From: a virus
Lineage: Duplodnaviria > Heunggongvirae > Uroviricota > Caudoviricetes
Length of the DNA: 64,000 nt
Direction: 5' to 3' (one strand)
Virus record (IMG/VR): IMGVR_UViG_3300033076_000838
Location: 111,836 to 175,835 of that record
Each line of letters starts with the position of its first letter. Position 1 is the first letter of the stretch. This document shows positions 19,742 to 29,574 of the stretch, piece by piece. The notes beneath the pieces are model-generated. The model saw nothing but the letters and a program-made list of their open reading frames with translations, was not told the DNA's origin and did no database searches. The position numbers were made by a program, and so were the translations under genes.

Positions 19742-20254
19742 ATGAAAGTAATATTTTTGGATATAGATGGTGTATTAAATCACGAGGCATTTTACAAAGA
19801 ACGTCACGAAAGACGTGATGAAGAATGTGTGTGGGAACATCCGTATTCAGAAATAGACCCAAAAGCCGTAAGTAATCTAAACACACTATGCGATGAAACT
19901 GATGCTAAGATTGTTATATCATCAACGTGGAGACATTACGGATTGGAGTATTGTAAAGATGTATTAGAGAAGATGGGATTTACTGGTGAAATAATTGACA
20001 TAACACCATCCCACCAATCGAGATTCAGAGGTTTAGAAATTTTAGATTGGGTAAAAAGTAATGAAGAACTAATCGGTGATAGGTATTTTAACTTTACCGA
20101 ATATGTTATATTAGATGATGATTCCGATATGTTATATTGGCAACGAAATAATTTCCTTTTGATTGACCGATTTGTTGGTTTAACTATGGGAGATGTGTTT
20201 AGAGCAAAAAGAATTTTAAACGGAGGGAAGATTTTAAAAGTGAGTGAATTATGA
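19742..20254 (+). CDS. HAD-superfamily phosphatase-like protein (DxDGV)
   Basis: MKVIFLDIDGVLN matches HAD motif I; start trimmed to the ATG after the upstream stop. Confidence 0.5.
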   Translation: MKVIFLDIDGVLNHEAFYKERHERRDEECVWEHPYSEIDPKAVSNLNTLCDETDAKIVISSTWRHYGLEYCKDVLEKMGFTGEIIDITPSHQSRFRGLEILDWVKSNEELIGDRYFNFTEYVILDDDSDMLYWQRNNFLLIDRFVGLTMGDVFRAKRILNGGKILKVSEL

Positions 20255-20841
20255 AAGTAATATTTTTAGACCACGATGGTGTTATTTGTTTAGCAACTGA
20301 ATGGGGTGGTAGATTTAAGAAACAACGAAATGTAGGTAGGAAACTATCTCAATCCGTATTGTCCTTACCAGTCAGTGCAAGATTTGATAATTTTAATAAG
20401 AAAGCAATTATTGTATTAAATGAGATATTGGAAGAAACTAACGCTGATATTGTTGTCTCGTCTGATTGGAAAAGATGGGCAAGTGTTGAGGAGATGGGTG
20501 AGTATTATGAATCACAGGGCATCAAAAAGAAACCGATAGCATTCACAAAGACAGTAGGTGAATGTACGAACTACAATCCACATACGTTTCAATGGTCACC
20601 AAAATGGATGTTAGAACAAGAAAGAGCATTGGAGATTGACCAATTTTTAATAGACCACCCAGAGATTACGAATTGGGTAGCAGTGGATGACCTTAATATG
20701 GGTATTCCACAAACACACGAAACTTGGGGTGAGATGGAAATGGATTGGGGTTTAACTAATTTTGTACACACACCTAAGAGTAGAGAAGGAATTAAACAAT
20801 CAAATATAAAAGAACAAATAATTAAATTTTTAAATAACTAA
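20251..20841 (+). CDS. HAD-superfamily phosphatase-like protein, paralog
   Basis: MKVIFLDHDGVI N-terminus. Confidence 0.5.
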   Translation: MKVIFLDHDGVICLATEWGGRFKKQRNVGRKLSQSVLSLPVSARFDNFNKKAIIVLNEILEETNADIVVSSDWKRWASVEEMGEYYESQGIKKKPIAFTKTVGECTNYNPHTFQWSPKWMLEQERALEIDQFLIDHPEITNWVAVDDLNMGIPQTHETWGEMEMDWGLTNFVHTPKSREGIKQSNIKEQIIKFLNN

Positions 20842-20843
20842 CT

Positions 20844-21233
20844 ATGGGAAGATTTGCTAACACAAAATCGATGATTTACACCAAACAAAGGGTGAGAACT
20901 TTAAATGCAAAACGTTTAACCGCGATGCCACCATCTGGTGATGTTAGTAAAGTTGATGCATATAGACAGAAATTAGGTAAGTTATTGGCTGCAGGACATT
21001 TAAAGATTAATGGATTTAGTTCGATGCAGATACAAAAAGAACCACATTTTTTAGAACATGGTGTTACTATCAGACGTGAGCTTACATTTAGTAATGTAAT
21101 AAATCATAAAGGTGGGGGAGATGCTCCACATCTTACTGGTTACTTAGAAAGTGGTAATGAGATTGATTCTAAATATAAAATTAAAGGATGGTTCAACGAA
21201 GATGGGACAATCCGTATTGAATTAGTAAATTAA
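20844..21233 (+). CDS. hypothetical protein
   Basis: ORF track. Confidence 0.45.
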   Translation: MGRFANTKSMIYTKQRVRTLNAKRLTAMPPSGDVSKVDAYRQKLGKLLAAGHLKINGFSSMQIQKEPHFLEHGVTIRRELTFSNVINHKGGGDAPHLTGYLESGNEIDSKYKIKGWFNEDGTIRIELVN

Positions 21234-21242
21234 AGATAATAT

Positions 21243-21815
21243 ATGATAAAGTTAAAAAATCTTATTAAAGAAGAAAAAGAACCTGTATATGAATATGGGT
21301 GTGCAATGTTATATTTTGAACCCAATAATGAGGTTGTTGAGTTTCAAAAGACAATTAGACCAGAAGATATTTACACCGAAGATAAGAATGGTGGGTATGG
21401 ATTGGAAACTGAACCACACTGCACTCTATTGTATGGATTACACGAGGAAGTGGAATTAGAAGATGTTAAGAATGTATTAGATAATATTGTGTTTGGATAT
21501 TGTAGAATACATAACCCATCACTTTTTGAGAACGAAAAGTTTGATGTATTAAAGTTTGATGTTGGTTATACTCATAAAGGTGGTGCGTTTTTACATAATG
21601 CCAACCGATTGTTAAACAATTTACCAAATACACAAACATATCCAGATTACCACCCACATATGACGGTTGCGTATTTGAAGCCGGGAATGGGTAAAAAGTA
21701 TGTTGAAAGTTTAGGTGGTGTTCCTGCGTTTATATACAAACCAACACATTTAGTATATTCACAATCAGATGGAACTAAAACTGAAATTACATTACGTCAA
21801 AATAAAAATAAATAA
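21243..21815 (+). CDS. 2H phosphoesterase (LigT / cyclic phosphodiesterase-like)
   Basis: Two H-x-T/S-x motifs: HCTLLYGL and HPHMTVAY. Confidence 0.55.
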   Translation: MIKLKNLIKEEKEPVYEYGCAMLYFEPNNEVVEFQKTIRPEDIYTEDKNGGYGLETEPHCTLLYGLHEEVELEDVKNVLDNIVFGYCRIHNPSLFENEKFDVLKFDVGYTHKGGAFLHNANRLLNNLPNTQTYPDYHPHMTVAYLKPGMGKKYVESLGGVPAFIYKPTHLVYSQSDGTKTEITLRQNKNK

Positions 21816-21816
21816 T

Positions 21817-22179
21817 ATGAAAAGGGAGTATAAGGATTTTATTATTCGAGCTCTATATTTTACAATACCATCATCTGGTCCTGGTCTTAGGGATTGGGTA
21901 GGTAGAAGATTTTTTGACAAGTTTGGTATTCAACCTGATAAGATTGATGTACTACAAGAAGATAAATACACAAAGAGTGATAATGTATCAGAAACAAGTT
22001 GGATTGGGAAACTAACATTATCCCTAACGATTGATGGTGAAACATTTTCCCTAACAAGAGATTGGGAAGCAGAGTATGAATATGATACTAAACATCCTTG
22101 TTACAACGATGATTATTACTACGAATCAGAGGTCTGCCATTCAGTTATAACAGCAAAGGAGTTACTTAGAAACTTATAA
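21817..22179 (+). CDS. hypothetical protein
   Basis: ORF trimmed to the ATG following the upstream stop. Confidence 0.4.
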   Translation: MKREYKDFIIRALYFTIPSSGPGLRDWVGRRFFDKFGIQPDKIDVLQEDKYTKSDNVSETSWIGKLTLSLTIDGETFSLTRDWEAEYEYDTKHPCYNDDYYYESEVCHSVITAKELLRNL

Positions 22180-22182
22180 GGT

Positions 22183-22791
22183 ATGAAAACGTCAATAACA
22201 TCAGTGGATATGAAGATATGTGTTGCTGCAATAAATCATCATACTTATCCAAATCCACATCGTATAACTTTGAAACAACTTTTTGATAATTACAAAGATA
22301 TACCAAAACCACAAGGTTGGACGTTAGCTGAGAATGTTGGTCTTAATGTAGAGAAACGACATGCTATTCAACGATTAGCAAGTTGGAGTATGACTAATAC
22401 TCTACATTCATATCAAATGAGATTGCAATTGTTTTCACTATTACAACAAACATCATTAGATGGATATTATCCAATTCAAATGATTCCTCTATTAAATCGT
22501 TTAAGAGCAGATTATAGTAGAGAAAAAAGAAGCAAGAAAGATTTAATGCCAGGCGAATGGGGATATATCGGTTGGGCGATTCTAAACTATGTTGAGGATA
22601 AAGGATTCGCACGATATACTGAAATGGAGAACTTTTATCAAACCCAACTAAGAGGATTTGATAAACATACCAAAGGTGGTTCGTTTATACACCACTTAAA
22701 TAATTTAAAGAGAGAAGACCCGAATCGTAGATGTAAACGATATTTACATAAAAGCGATAATGAAGGTATGTGGGAAACCTTATACCTATAA
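22183..22791 (+). CDS. hypothetical protein
   Basis: ORF track. Confidence 0.45.
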   Translation: MKTSITSVDMKICVAAINHHTYPNPHRITLKQLFDNYKDIPKPQGWTLAENVGLNVEKRHAIQRLASWSMTNTLHSYQMRLQLFSLLQQTSLDGYYPIQMIPLLNRLRADYSREKRSKKDLMPGEWGYIGWAILNYVEDKGFARYTEMENFYQTQLRGFDKHTKGGSFIHHLNNLKREDPNRRCKRYLHKSDNEGMWETLYL

Positions 22792-22933
22792 CGAAAGGAG
22801 ACCGTTTGGAACACTTTATATGGGGATTTATTACCGGTATGGTATTTATGATGATTGGGAATATTGCGTATTGGGTGTGTGTAAAGATTGGTATTGATGA
22901 TAATGAATTTATAAACAAATAAACTATAAAACT

Positions 22934-23245
22934 ATGTTTAACGAAAACGAAGATTTTGAAAACTTTGAAGGTGATGAATTACCACAACGTTTAGGTCAAC
23001 TATTATTGAACTCTGATTTATTTAGAGATATGTTGATAGAGCAATCTATATCAGTATTAAGAGACCCTAAGTTTCAGATGGAATATGCATTAGAGGATTC
23101 GATAGATATACCTACTAAACTACAAGATATAGATGAACTGATTGAATGGGCTGTAGAACGTGAGATGTATGAAGATTGTGCAATGATGGTTAAACTAAAA
23201 GAACGTATCGTAGAAGCAATTGATATTCAATCAATTGTAAATTAA
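22934..23245 (+). CDS. hypothetical protein
   Basis: ORF track. Confidence 0.4.
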   Translation: MFNENEDFENFEGDELPQRLGQLLLNSDLFRDMLIEQSISVLRDPKFQMEYALEDSIDIPTKLQDIDELIEWAVEREMYEDCAMMVKLKERIVEAIDIQSIVN

Positions 23246-23304
23246 TCCCCTTTTATTTGGATTTCTCAATTATTTTTTGTATCTTTACACAATAAGAAAA
23301 AGAT

Positions 23305-23904
23305 ATGATAAATAATATAGAACTAATCAAACCCTTACTTACCTTTGATAAAGAAGGTGAGTTTTATATGTTGTATATCTTTAAGAGAAAGAAAGACCAG
23401 ACAACTGATAAAGCAAACCACCAATCAGTAAGAACAATCAAAACTTATTGTATTGAGAGTATTGAACAATTGGAGAAACGATATGATGAGATTATCCAAT
23501 TGTGTGAGATGTTTAAGGCAAGAGCATACATTCATATTCAAAAACAAAATCATAAGGATGTTGCAATGAATATGATTACTGAAATTGTCAATCGTATCCA
23601 ATCAGGCCAAATCAATCAACAACACGTTTTTGATAGTGTAGTTGGCCAAATCAAAACACAAGAGAAGAGATGGATTGTGGATATTGATGATGTTGAGTTG
23701 TATGATTTGAAACCTATAATGGATTTCATAGATACATTACGACCAGAAGGACATAAGACTGAAACCATCATTCCAACAAAGAGTGGCTATCATCTTATCA
23801 CTAAACGATTTGATGTGATGGAGTTTAAGAAGAGGTATCCTGAAATCGACATACAAAAGAAGAACCCAACATTATTATATTACCCAAATAGTATAGACAA
23901 TTAA
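23305..23904 (+). CDS. hypothetical protein
   Basis: ORF track. Confidence 0.45.
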   Translation: MINNIELIKPLLTFDKEGEFYMLYIFKRKKDQTTDKANHQSVRTIKTYCIESIEQLEKRYDEIIQLCEMFKARAYIHIQKQNHKDVAMNMITEIVNRIQSGQINQQHVFDSVVGQIKTQEKRWIVDIDDVELYDLKPIMDFIDTLRPEGHKTETIIPTKSGYHLITKRFDVMEFKKRYPEIDIQKKNPTLLYYPNSIDN

Positions 23905-23908
23905 AATT

Positions 23909-24109
23909 ATGGAAGAGAAAGATTACTCACAATATATTGGTAAACGAATTTCGGTAGTATCACCTCGTTGGCCAAAAGAAAGATTGGTTGGTACTTGTCA
24001 ATTTATTGGGATTGGATTTAGTGGTGATTTTCAAGTTACATTAGATAGAATGCCAATATGGCCAGTAGACCCAACTGATATTAGAATAATTAAAGATAAA
24101 ATAAAATAA
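23909..24109 (+). CDS. small hypothetical protein
   Basis: ORF track. Confidence 0.4.
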   Translation: MEEKDYSQYIGKRISVVSPRWPKERLVGTCQFIGIGFSGDFQVTLDRMPIWPVDPTDIRIIKDKIK

Positions 24110-24763
24110 ATGAAATTAACATTAAACAAAGGACAAAAGTTATGGTTTACAAGTGATACCCACTATAATCACGCAAACATTTGTTCTGCTACAACAAAGT
24201 GGACAGACCCCGTAACTTGTAGAGAGTTTAAATCATTAGAACAAATGAACGCTCATTTAGTTGGTAATATCAACGAGTTCGTAGGACAAGATGATATTCT
24301 ATTCCATTTAGGTGATTGGTCATTCGGTGGGTTCGAACAAATTGAAATATTCAGAAATCAAATCATTTGTAAAAACATTCACATCATTACAGGTAACCAC
24401 GACCACCACATTGAAAATAACAAAGAAGGTATTCAATCTATTTTCAGTTCGGTAAACAAATACCTAAACTTAAATGTGAAATGGAATGTGGGAACACACT
24501 TTGCAGGTGAACAACGATTTGCCTTAATGCACTTTCCAATTGCAAGTTGGGATAATATGGCTAAGGGTGCAATTCACTTACACGGCCACGTTCACTTTGA
24601 ACCTCGTTTACGAATCGGTAAAGGTAAGATGATGGATGTTGGTGTAGATGGTAATGCGTTATACCCAATTGAAATGAAGACGGTTTTAAGTTTGATGGAT
24701 AAACAACCAATTAAATCCCTTTTCAATTTTGACCATCACGAGATAGTTGAGAATTATAGATAA
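24110..24763 (+). CDS. calcineurin-like metallophosphoesterase
   Basis: Blocks SDTHYNH, FHLGDWSFGG, ITGNHDHH and GHVHF. Confidence 0.6.
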   Translation: MKLTLNKGQKLWFTSDTHYNHANICSATTKWTDPVTCREFKSLEQMNAHLVGNINEFVGQDDILFHLGDWSFGGFEQIEIFRNQIICKNIHIITGNHDHHIENNKEGIQSIFSSVNKYLNLNVKWNVGTHFAGEQRFALMHFPIASWDNMAKGAIHLHGHVHFEPRLRIGKGKMMDVGVDGNALYPIEMKTVLSLMDKQPIKSLFNFDHHEIVENYR

Positions 24764-24965
24764 TATGAAGAAACTAATTTGTAAAGTAATAGGCCATAAG
24801 TATTCCTATAATTTTGGATGGATGCCTTCTAAATGTGTATGTAAGAGATGTGGTATGAAATGGAAATCCGTAAATAACCCAAACTATATACCCGGTGAAT
24901 CCAATCCTTTAAGTGAGGATATAATGATTTGGGTAGAAGATAAACAAAATACAAATGGAAGATAA
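24747..24965 (+). CDS. small Cys-rich protein
   Basis: ORF track; CKVIGHK...CVCKRCG. Confidence 0.35.
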   Translation: MRIIDNMKKLICKVIGHKYSYNFGWMPSKCVCKRCGMKWKSVNNPNYIPGESNPLSEDIMIWVEDKQNTNGR

Positions 24966-25167
24966 AAAAATAACAATTAAACTATTCAATTTTCCTTATA
25001 TCCTATTTCAGTTACCAACTGCAATGATTGGATATACAATTCACAATAGTGGATTTTGGGCGGTAATGGATTTCTTCTTTGCTCCACTTGCGTGGTGTAA
25101 GTGGTTGATTTTCCAAGAGGTTAATATGAGTATTATCAAAGAAACATTCAATTTTTTCTTAAAATAA
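24955..25167 (+). CDS. small membrane protein
   Basis: Hydrophobic segments. Confidence 0.35.
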   Translation: MEDKKITIKLFNFPYILFQLPTAMIGYTIHNSGFWAVMDFFFAPLAWCKWLIFQEVNMSIIKETFNFFLK

Positions 25168-25172
25168 AATAT

Positions 25173-25352
25173 ATGATAAAAGTATTCACATCAAACGTAA
25201 GTCCAGATGATAATAAAGCTGGAGATAGTTTCACACAAATGATTGATAAGTGGTTATCAACACAACCAACATCTACAAAGATTACCAACATTCATAGTAA
25301 TTCAAATGAGTATGGTTGGATGATTATTATTCAATACGAAAGAGGATATTAA
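25173..25352 (+). CDS. small hypothetical protein (59 aa)
   Basis: ATG at 25173; fills a gap; below the ORF-track cutoff. Confidence 0.3.
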   Translation: MIKVFTSNVSPDDNKAGDSFTQMIDKWLSTQPTSTKITNIHSNSNEYGWMIIIQYERGY

Positions 25353-25353
25353 T

Positions 25354-25629
25354 ATGAATAGAGAATATAAGATTATGCGACATTCGTATTTTGATGAATA
25401 CGGAAAAGAAAGTAATATCTACTACTATATTTTAGAGAGTAGAAAATTTTTAGGTATTCCATTTTGGAAAGAGATAACACATCAGATATGTGGTATGGGT
25501 GATTGTTATAATGTAAGAACGCAATTCAAAACATTAGAAGAAGCAGATACTTTTGTTAAGGAAAAACTTTGTACAAAAGTAGCAGTATCTAAATGGGTGG
25601 AAGTTGAAGTTAAAAGTGTAAGTTGTTAA
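25354..25629 (+). CDS. hypothetical protein
   Basis: ORF track. Confidence 0.4.
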   Translation: MNREYKIMRHSYFDEYGKESNIYYYILESRKFLGIPFWKEITHQICGMGDCYNVRTQFKTLEEADTFVKEKLCTKVAVSKWVEVEVKSVSC

Positions 25630-25632
25630 ATT

Positions 25633-25794
25633 ATGGAAAAAATACAACGATTAGAAGAATTATCCGATAAAGTAAGAAAGGGAGAACCTATTGGATTTGG
25701 TGAAGCATTGGAAGTTATCCAATATCAACAGGCTTTAAAAGCAAACAAAGTATCATTAAAAGATAAAATTATTAATTTCTTTAAACGAAAATAA
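25633..25794 (+). CDS. small hypothetical protein (53 aa)
   Basis: Fills a gap between ORFs. Confidence 0.25.
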   Translation: MEKIQRLEELSDKVRKGEPIGFGEALEVIQYQQALKANKVSLKDKIINFFKRK

Positions 25795-25795
25795 T

Positions 25796-26104
25796 ATGAG
25801 TATAACAATATCAAATGATTCATCACATTTAACGATGGAAGGTAGTACTAAAGTTACTATTAAAGCATCGCAAACGATAATGGGTACTAATACACAATTA
25901 CCAATTGAAATAACGGGTGACTTCAAAAATATTCCACCACACTTACATCAATTGTATATGCAATCTATGTGGGCTTCGTATGGTAGTGTGAATGTGTATA
26001 ACAATACGGATGATGAACCATATCCAATGACAATAGAAGAAAAGCAAAAGGAGTGGCGTTGGAATAGGTTGACAAAATTACTTTTGAAAGCAATAGGAAA
26101 ATAA
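25796..26104 (+). CDS. hypothetical protein
   Basis: ORF track. Confidence 0.4.
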   Translation: MSITISNDSSHLTMEGSTKVTIKASQTIMGTNTQLPIEITGDFKNIPPHLHQLYMQSMWASYGSVNVYNNTDDEPYPMTIEEKQKEWRWNRLTKLLLKAIGK

Positions 26105-26105
26105 T

Positions 26106-26714
26106 ATGGCAAAGTTTAGAAAACAACCAGTTGAGGTTGAAGCAGTTCAATATAAAGGTTGGATGACTGATGAAGTTAAAGATTTCGTTGGAGATAATTT
26201 AATATCAGAATCCCGTTGGGGAGATGAAGGTGGACCAGTTGGATACTTTATTAAAACATTAGAAGGTACATCATATATGTTAAGTAAAGGTGATTGGGTT
26301 ATCAAAGGAGTACATGGTGAGTTCTATCCTTGTAAACCTGATATATTTGAAAAAACATATGAATCAGTAGAAGGTATAACTGAATTAGAAGCATATAAAG
26401 AATTAGTACATAGTATGTTTACTGGTTGGTTCAACGCCAATGATTACTTCGCTTACGCATGTGCATGGGGTGTAACTATTTCGGAAGAAGATTTCTATTG
26501 GATTATCGAACACATTAAAAAACATCCAAAGGAAGGTATGTATTCCGCAATGGCTTACATACAAAATATAGAACCAATTCCACCACATATCAACGATGAG
26601 TTCAAAATTGCAATTCAAGAGTTAGTAGATAGAAAACAAGAAGTGAGTTCTGATTTTGATAATGGTGATGATTATTATCAAAAAGGCCCTTATAGAAAAA
26701 TAAACAAAGATTAA
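26106..26714 (+). CDS. hypothetical protein
   Basis: ORF track. Confidence 0.45.
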   Translation: MAKFRKQPVEVEAVQYKGWMTDEVKDFVGDNLISESRWGDEGGPVGYFIKTLEGTSYMLSKGDWVIKGVHGEFYPCKPDIFEKTYESVEGITELEAYKELVHSMFTGWFNANDYFAYACAWGVTISEEDFYWIIEHIKKHPKEGMYSAMAYIQNIEPIPPHINDEFKIAIQELVDRKQEVSSDFDNGDDYYQKGPYRKINKD

Positions 26715-26715
26715 A

Positions 26716-27138
26716 ATGTTACCAAAGAATTTAATATTATTGAGAGGATTACCAGGAGCTGGTAAATCTACATTTGCTAAAACAATGTGGAGTGAATATG
26801 TTATATGTGAAGCAGATGATTATTTCGTTGATGAAGAAACCGGTGAATACAAATTCAATGCAAGAGATTTACCAAAAGCACATAGTTGGTGTAAATCCAA
26901 AGTTGAAACCTTTATGCAAGATAATCAAGCGAATGCCCAATTCTATACAAACATCGTAGTATCTAATACATTCACACAAGAATGGGAAATGGAGGATTAT
27001 ATCAGATTGGCACGAACCTATGGATATAAAGTATTCTCGTTGATTGTTGAAAATAGACATGGTGGAGTAAATCAGCATAATGTCCCTGCGGATAAGTTGG
27101 TCGAAATGCAAAATCGTTTCAGTATAAAATTAATATAA
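26716..27138 (+). CDS. P-loop NTPase, polynucleotide-kinase-like (AAA_33 type)
   Basis: Walker A LLRGLPGAGKSTFAK at the N-terminus; 140 aa kinase-domain size. Confidence 0.5.
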   Translation: MLPKNLILLRGLPGAGKSTFAKTMWSEYVICEADDYFVDEETGEYKFNARDLPKAHSWCKSKVETFMQDNQANAQFYTNIVVSNTFTQEWEMEDYIRLARTYGYKVFSLIVENRHGGVNQHNVPADKLVEMQNRFSIKLI

Positions 27139-27139
27139 G

Positions 27140-27544
27140 ATGGCGAATGAAATGCTGGAACGAATGAAGACGTTTTTAGAATCCGAAGAGGGTCAGAAAT
27201 CTATATCGGAATTTGCTAAAAAATATGCAAGAGATTTAGACCACAAAGCTAGATGGGTTGAAAAATTCAAAGAACGATGTGAATCGGATTTAAATGGTAC
27301 ATTAAAAAAATTAACAAATAAATACTATTCCAAAGAATATACGGATAGGGAATATTATAAATGTAAATGTGAACCAAGAGAACCCCTACTTTGGTTAGCA
27401 TATGAATACGCTACGAAATATTGTAAACCATATAGGGGTAAGAAATACATAAATATGTTTACTGCCGATGCATATCATTTCGGTTCATATGTTATTCAGC
27501 TAATGATAGGTCAGGGTTCTGCATTAAGAATTGATAAAAAATAA
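27140..27544 (+). CDS. hypothetical protein
   Basis: ORF track. Confidence 0.4.
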   Translation: MANEMLERMKTFLESEEGQKSISEFAKKYARDLDHKARWVEKFKERCESDLNGTLKKLTNKYYSKEYTDREYYKCKCEPREPLLWLAYEYATKYCKPYRGKKYINMFTADAYHFGSYVIQLMIGQGSALRIDKK

Positions 27545-28091
27545 AACTATGGGTATAATAAAACCACCAATTGGAAACATTAAAAAGTTTGAATCCAATT
27601 TAGAACATATTCCACAATCTCATTTCGTAAAGAAAACTGAAAGGGAAGCAATTACCAAACATATACCGGTAGAAGAACCATTTACAACCGGTAGTTTTAA
27701 GGTGGGTGATAATGAGTTTCATATCACAACACCACCACAACCAACATCTTCGTATAACCCATACACTTTTACGATGGAAACATCATATAAGGGTGTATTA
27801 GAAGCAATTGAAAATGGTAAGGATACTGATTTAGTTGCAATGCCAGTTGGTGAGGTTCGTAAGATGCAAGAAAGGATTAGGGTGTTGGAAAGAGAGGTAA
27901 TGAAATCCCCATCAGGAAAAACGGCACTTCATACCCAAATGATGTTGGATATGGAAAGAGAAAGGATAAAGACGGAACAAGAGAGGATAAAATTTATTTC
28001 AAAACATAAACAAGAAACCGAATTAAGGAAAGAGGAGATTAAACGACAGATTATGATGTCAAAGGGGTGGGATAAAATGTTTAAATCATAA
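27531..28091 (+). CDS. hypothetical protein with C-terminal coiled coil
   Basis: ORF track. Confidence 0.4.
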   Translation: MIKNKTMGIIKPPIGNIKKFESNLEHIPQSHFVKKTEREAITKHIPVEEPFTTGSFKVGDNEFHITTPPQPTSSYNPYTFTMETSYKGVLEAIENGKDTDLVAMPVGEVRKMQERIRVLEREVMKSPSGKTALHTQMMLDMERERIKTEQERIKFISKHKQETELRKEEIKRQIMMSKGWDKMFKS

Positions 28092-28105
28092 GTAATTGAT
28101 AATCA

Positions 28106-28131
28106 ATGGGTTGTAAAATAACCCATTTTTT
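28106..28131 (+). terminator. intrinsic terminator
   Basis: ATGGGTT-GTAAAAT-AACCCAT hairpin plus T-run, immediately followed by a promoter. Confidence 0.5.
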
Positions 28132-28132
28132 A

Positions 28133-28167
28133 TTTGGATATATCCCAAAAAGTTTGTATATTAGCAG
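28133..28167 (+). promoter_or_regulatory. phage promoter cassette
   Basis: ATTTGGATATATCCC...GTTTGTATATTAGCAG. Confidence 0.5.
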
Positions 28168-28187
28168 TATAACATTAAAACATAAAT

Positions 28188-29048
28188 ATGAGATTATTAT
28201 TAGACCTTACCGATATTTCTAATTCGGATATTAGTTACGAAATATCAAAGTTTCCAGATGGGCAACAATCAATTACAATCAGTTCATTTTTAGTTGAATC
28301 AAATAAAGATTCAATAGTTCAACTTTCTTCTCGTATGAATTCATTCAGAGATATTGAGATGATTATTTGTGCTAATCAGATTCTAAAAGAAATGGGTGTT
28401 CAAAAGGTTGAATTATATACTCCTTATTTTTTAGGAGCACGTAGTGATAGAAAGTTTGGTGAAGGTCAAACTAACTATCTTAAAAATGTGATTTGTCCGA
28501 TTATCAATTCACAAGGATTTTCCAAAGTGATTGTGTTAGACCCACATAGTGATGTATTAGAGGCTTGTTTAAATAACTTTCATAAGATAAATAATATTCG
28601 TTTAGTTGATGATGCATTATCTTACTTTCTTAAAGAAAATGATGATGATAAAGTTATGTTAGTATCGCCTGATGCTGGTGCGTTGAAAAAAATATTCGAT
28701 GTTGCAAAAGAGTTTGGTATTAGTAAAGTAACTACCGCTTCCAAAGTTAGAGATGTGTTAAGTGGACGTATTTTACGAACCGAATTACCAACTATGGATT
28801 TGAGAGGTATAGAACATATTGTTATTATAGATGATATTTGTGATGGTGGTAGAACCTTTATCGAATTGGCGAAAGCAATCAAAGAAATTACTACATTACC
28901 AATTCACTTAATTATAACACATGGTATATTCTCAGCAGGATTTGGTGAGTTAGAAAAATATTTTGATTCCATTCACACTACTGATTCAATTCATGAGGAT
29001 GTATTAGAATTAGGAGCAACAAAGGTTACACAATTAGCAGTATTTTAA
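28188..29048 (+). CDS. prs: ribose-phosphate pyrophosphokinase (PRPP synthetase)-like protein
   Basis: VLDPHSD, MLVSPDAGALKK and the PRPP-binding loop IIDDICDGGRT. Confidence 0.6.
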   Translation: MRLLLDLTDISNSDISYEISKFPDGQQSITISSFLVESNKDSIVQLSSRMNSFRDIEMIICANQILKEMGVQKVELYTPYFLGARSDRKFGEGQTNYLKNVICPIINSQGFSKVIVLDPHSDVLEACLNNFHKINNIRLVDDALSYFLKENDDDKVMLVSPDAGALKKIFDVAKEFGISKVTTASKVRDVLSGRILRTELPTMDLRGIEHIVIIDDICDGGRTFIELAKAIKEITTLPIHLIITHGIFSAGFGELEKYFDSIHTTDSIHEDVLELGATKVTQLAVF

Positions 29049-29059
29049 AAAATAGTAAT

Positions 29060-29533
29060 ATGAATTATTTAGATGAATTTCTTAACCCAACCGAACCAAT
29101 TCGTACCAATTCAAATGTGGATGAGTATTTAGAAACCGGCAAATCTTTACGAAGATTGGTAGATGAATATACAAAGTATGGGTCATTATGTATTGGTTTT
29201 GATTTTGATGGCACGGTCTATGATTATCATAAGACTGGTGCAAAGTATGACCAAGTAATTGACCTATTGAGAGATTTAAAAGAATTGAATTGTACGTTGA
29301 TTTGTTGGACAGCTCAAAAGGATTTAATCTTTGTCGAGGAATTCTTAATAGATAACAACATTCCGTTTGATGGTATAAACACCGATGGAATCAATTTAGG
29401 TTGGGAGAGTAGAAAACCTTTCTTTTCAGCCCTATTAGATGATAGAGCCGGGTTGAAACAGGTCTATGAAGACCTCTACAAATTGGTAAATATTATGAAA
29501 AAACGTATCGATAAATTTGGTAATACCAAATAA
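29060..29533 (+). CDS. HAD-like hydrolase (DFDGT)
   Basis: CIGFDFDGTVYDYH is HAD motif I; LLDDRAG is motif IV-like. Confidence 0.45.
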   Translation: MNYLDEFLNPTEPIRTNSNVDEYLETGKSLRRLVDEYTKYGSLCIGFDFDGTVYDYHKTGAKYDQVIDLLRDLKELNCTLICWTAQKDLIFVEEFLIDNNIPFDGINTDGINLGWESRKPFFSALLDDRAGLKQVYEDLYKLVNIMKKRIDKFGNTK

Positions 29534-29552
29534 AAGTTGTATATTAGCTTTA
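29515..29552 (+). promoter_or_regulatory. phage promoter cassette (variant)
   Basis: AAATTTGG ... GTTGTATATTAGCTTTAT. Confidence 0.4.
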
Positions 29553-29574
29553 TAAAATTAAAACATAAAAGATT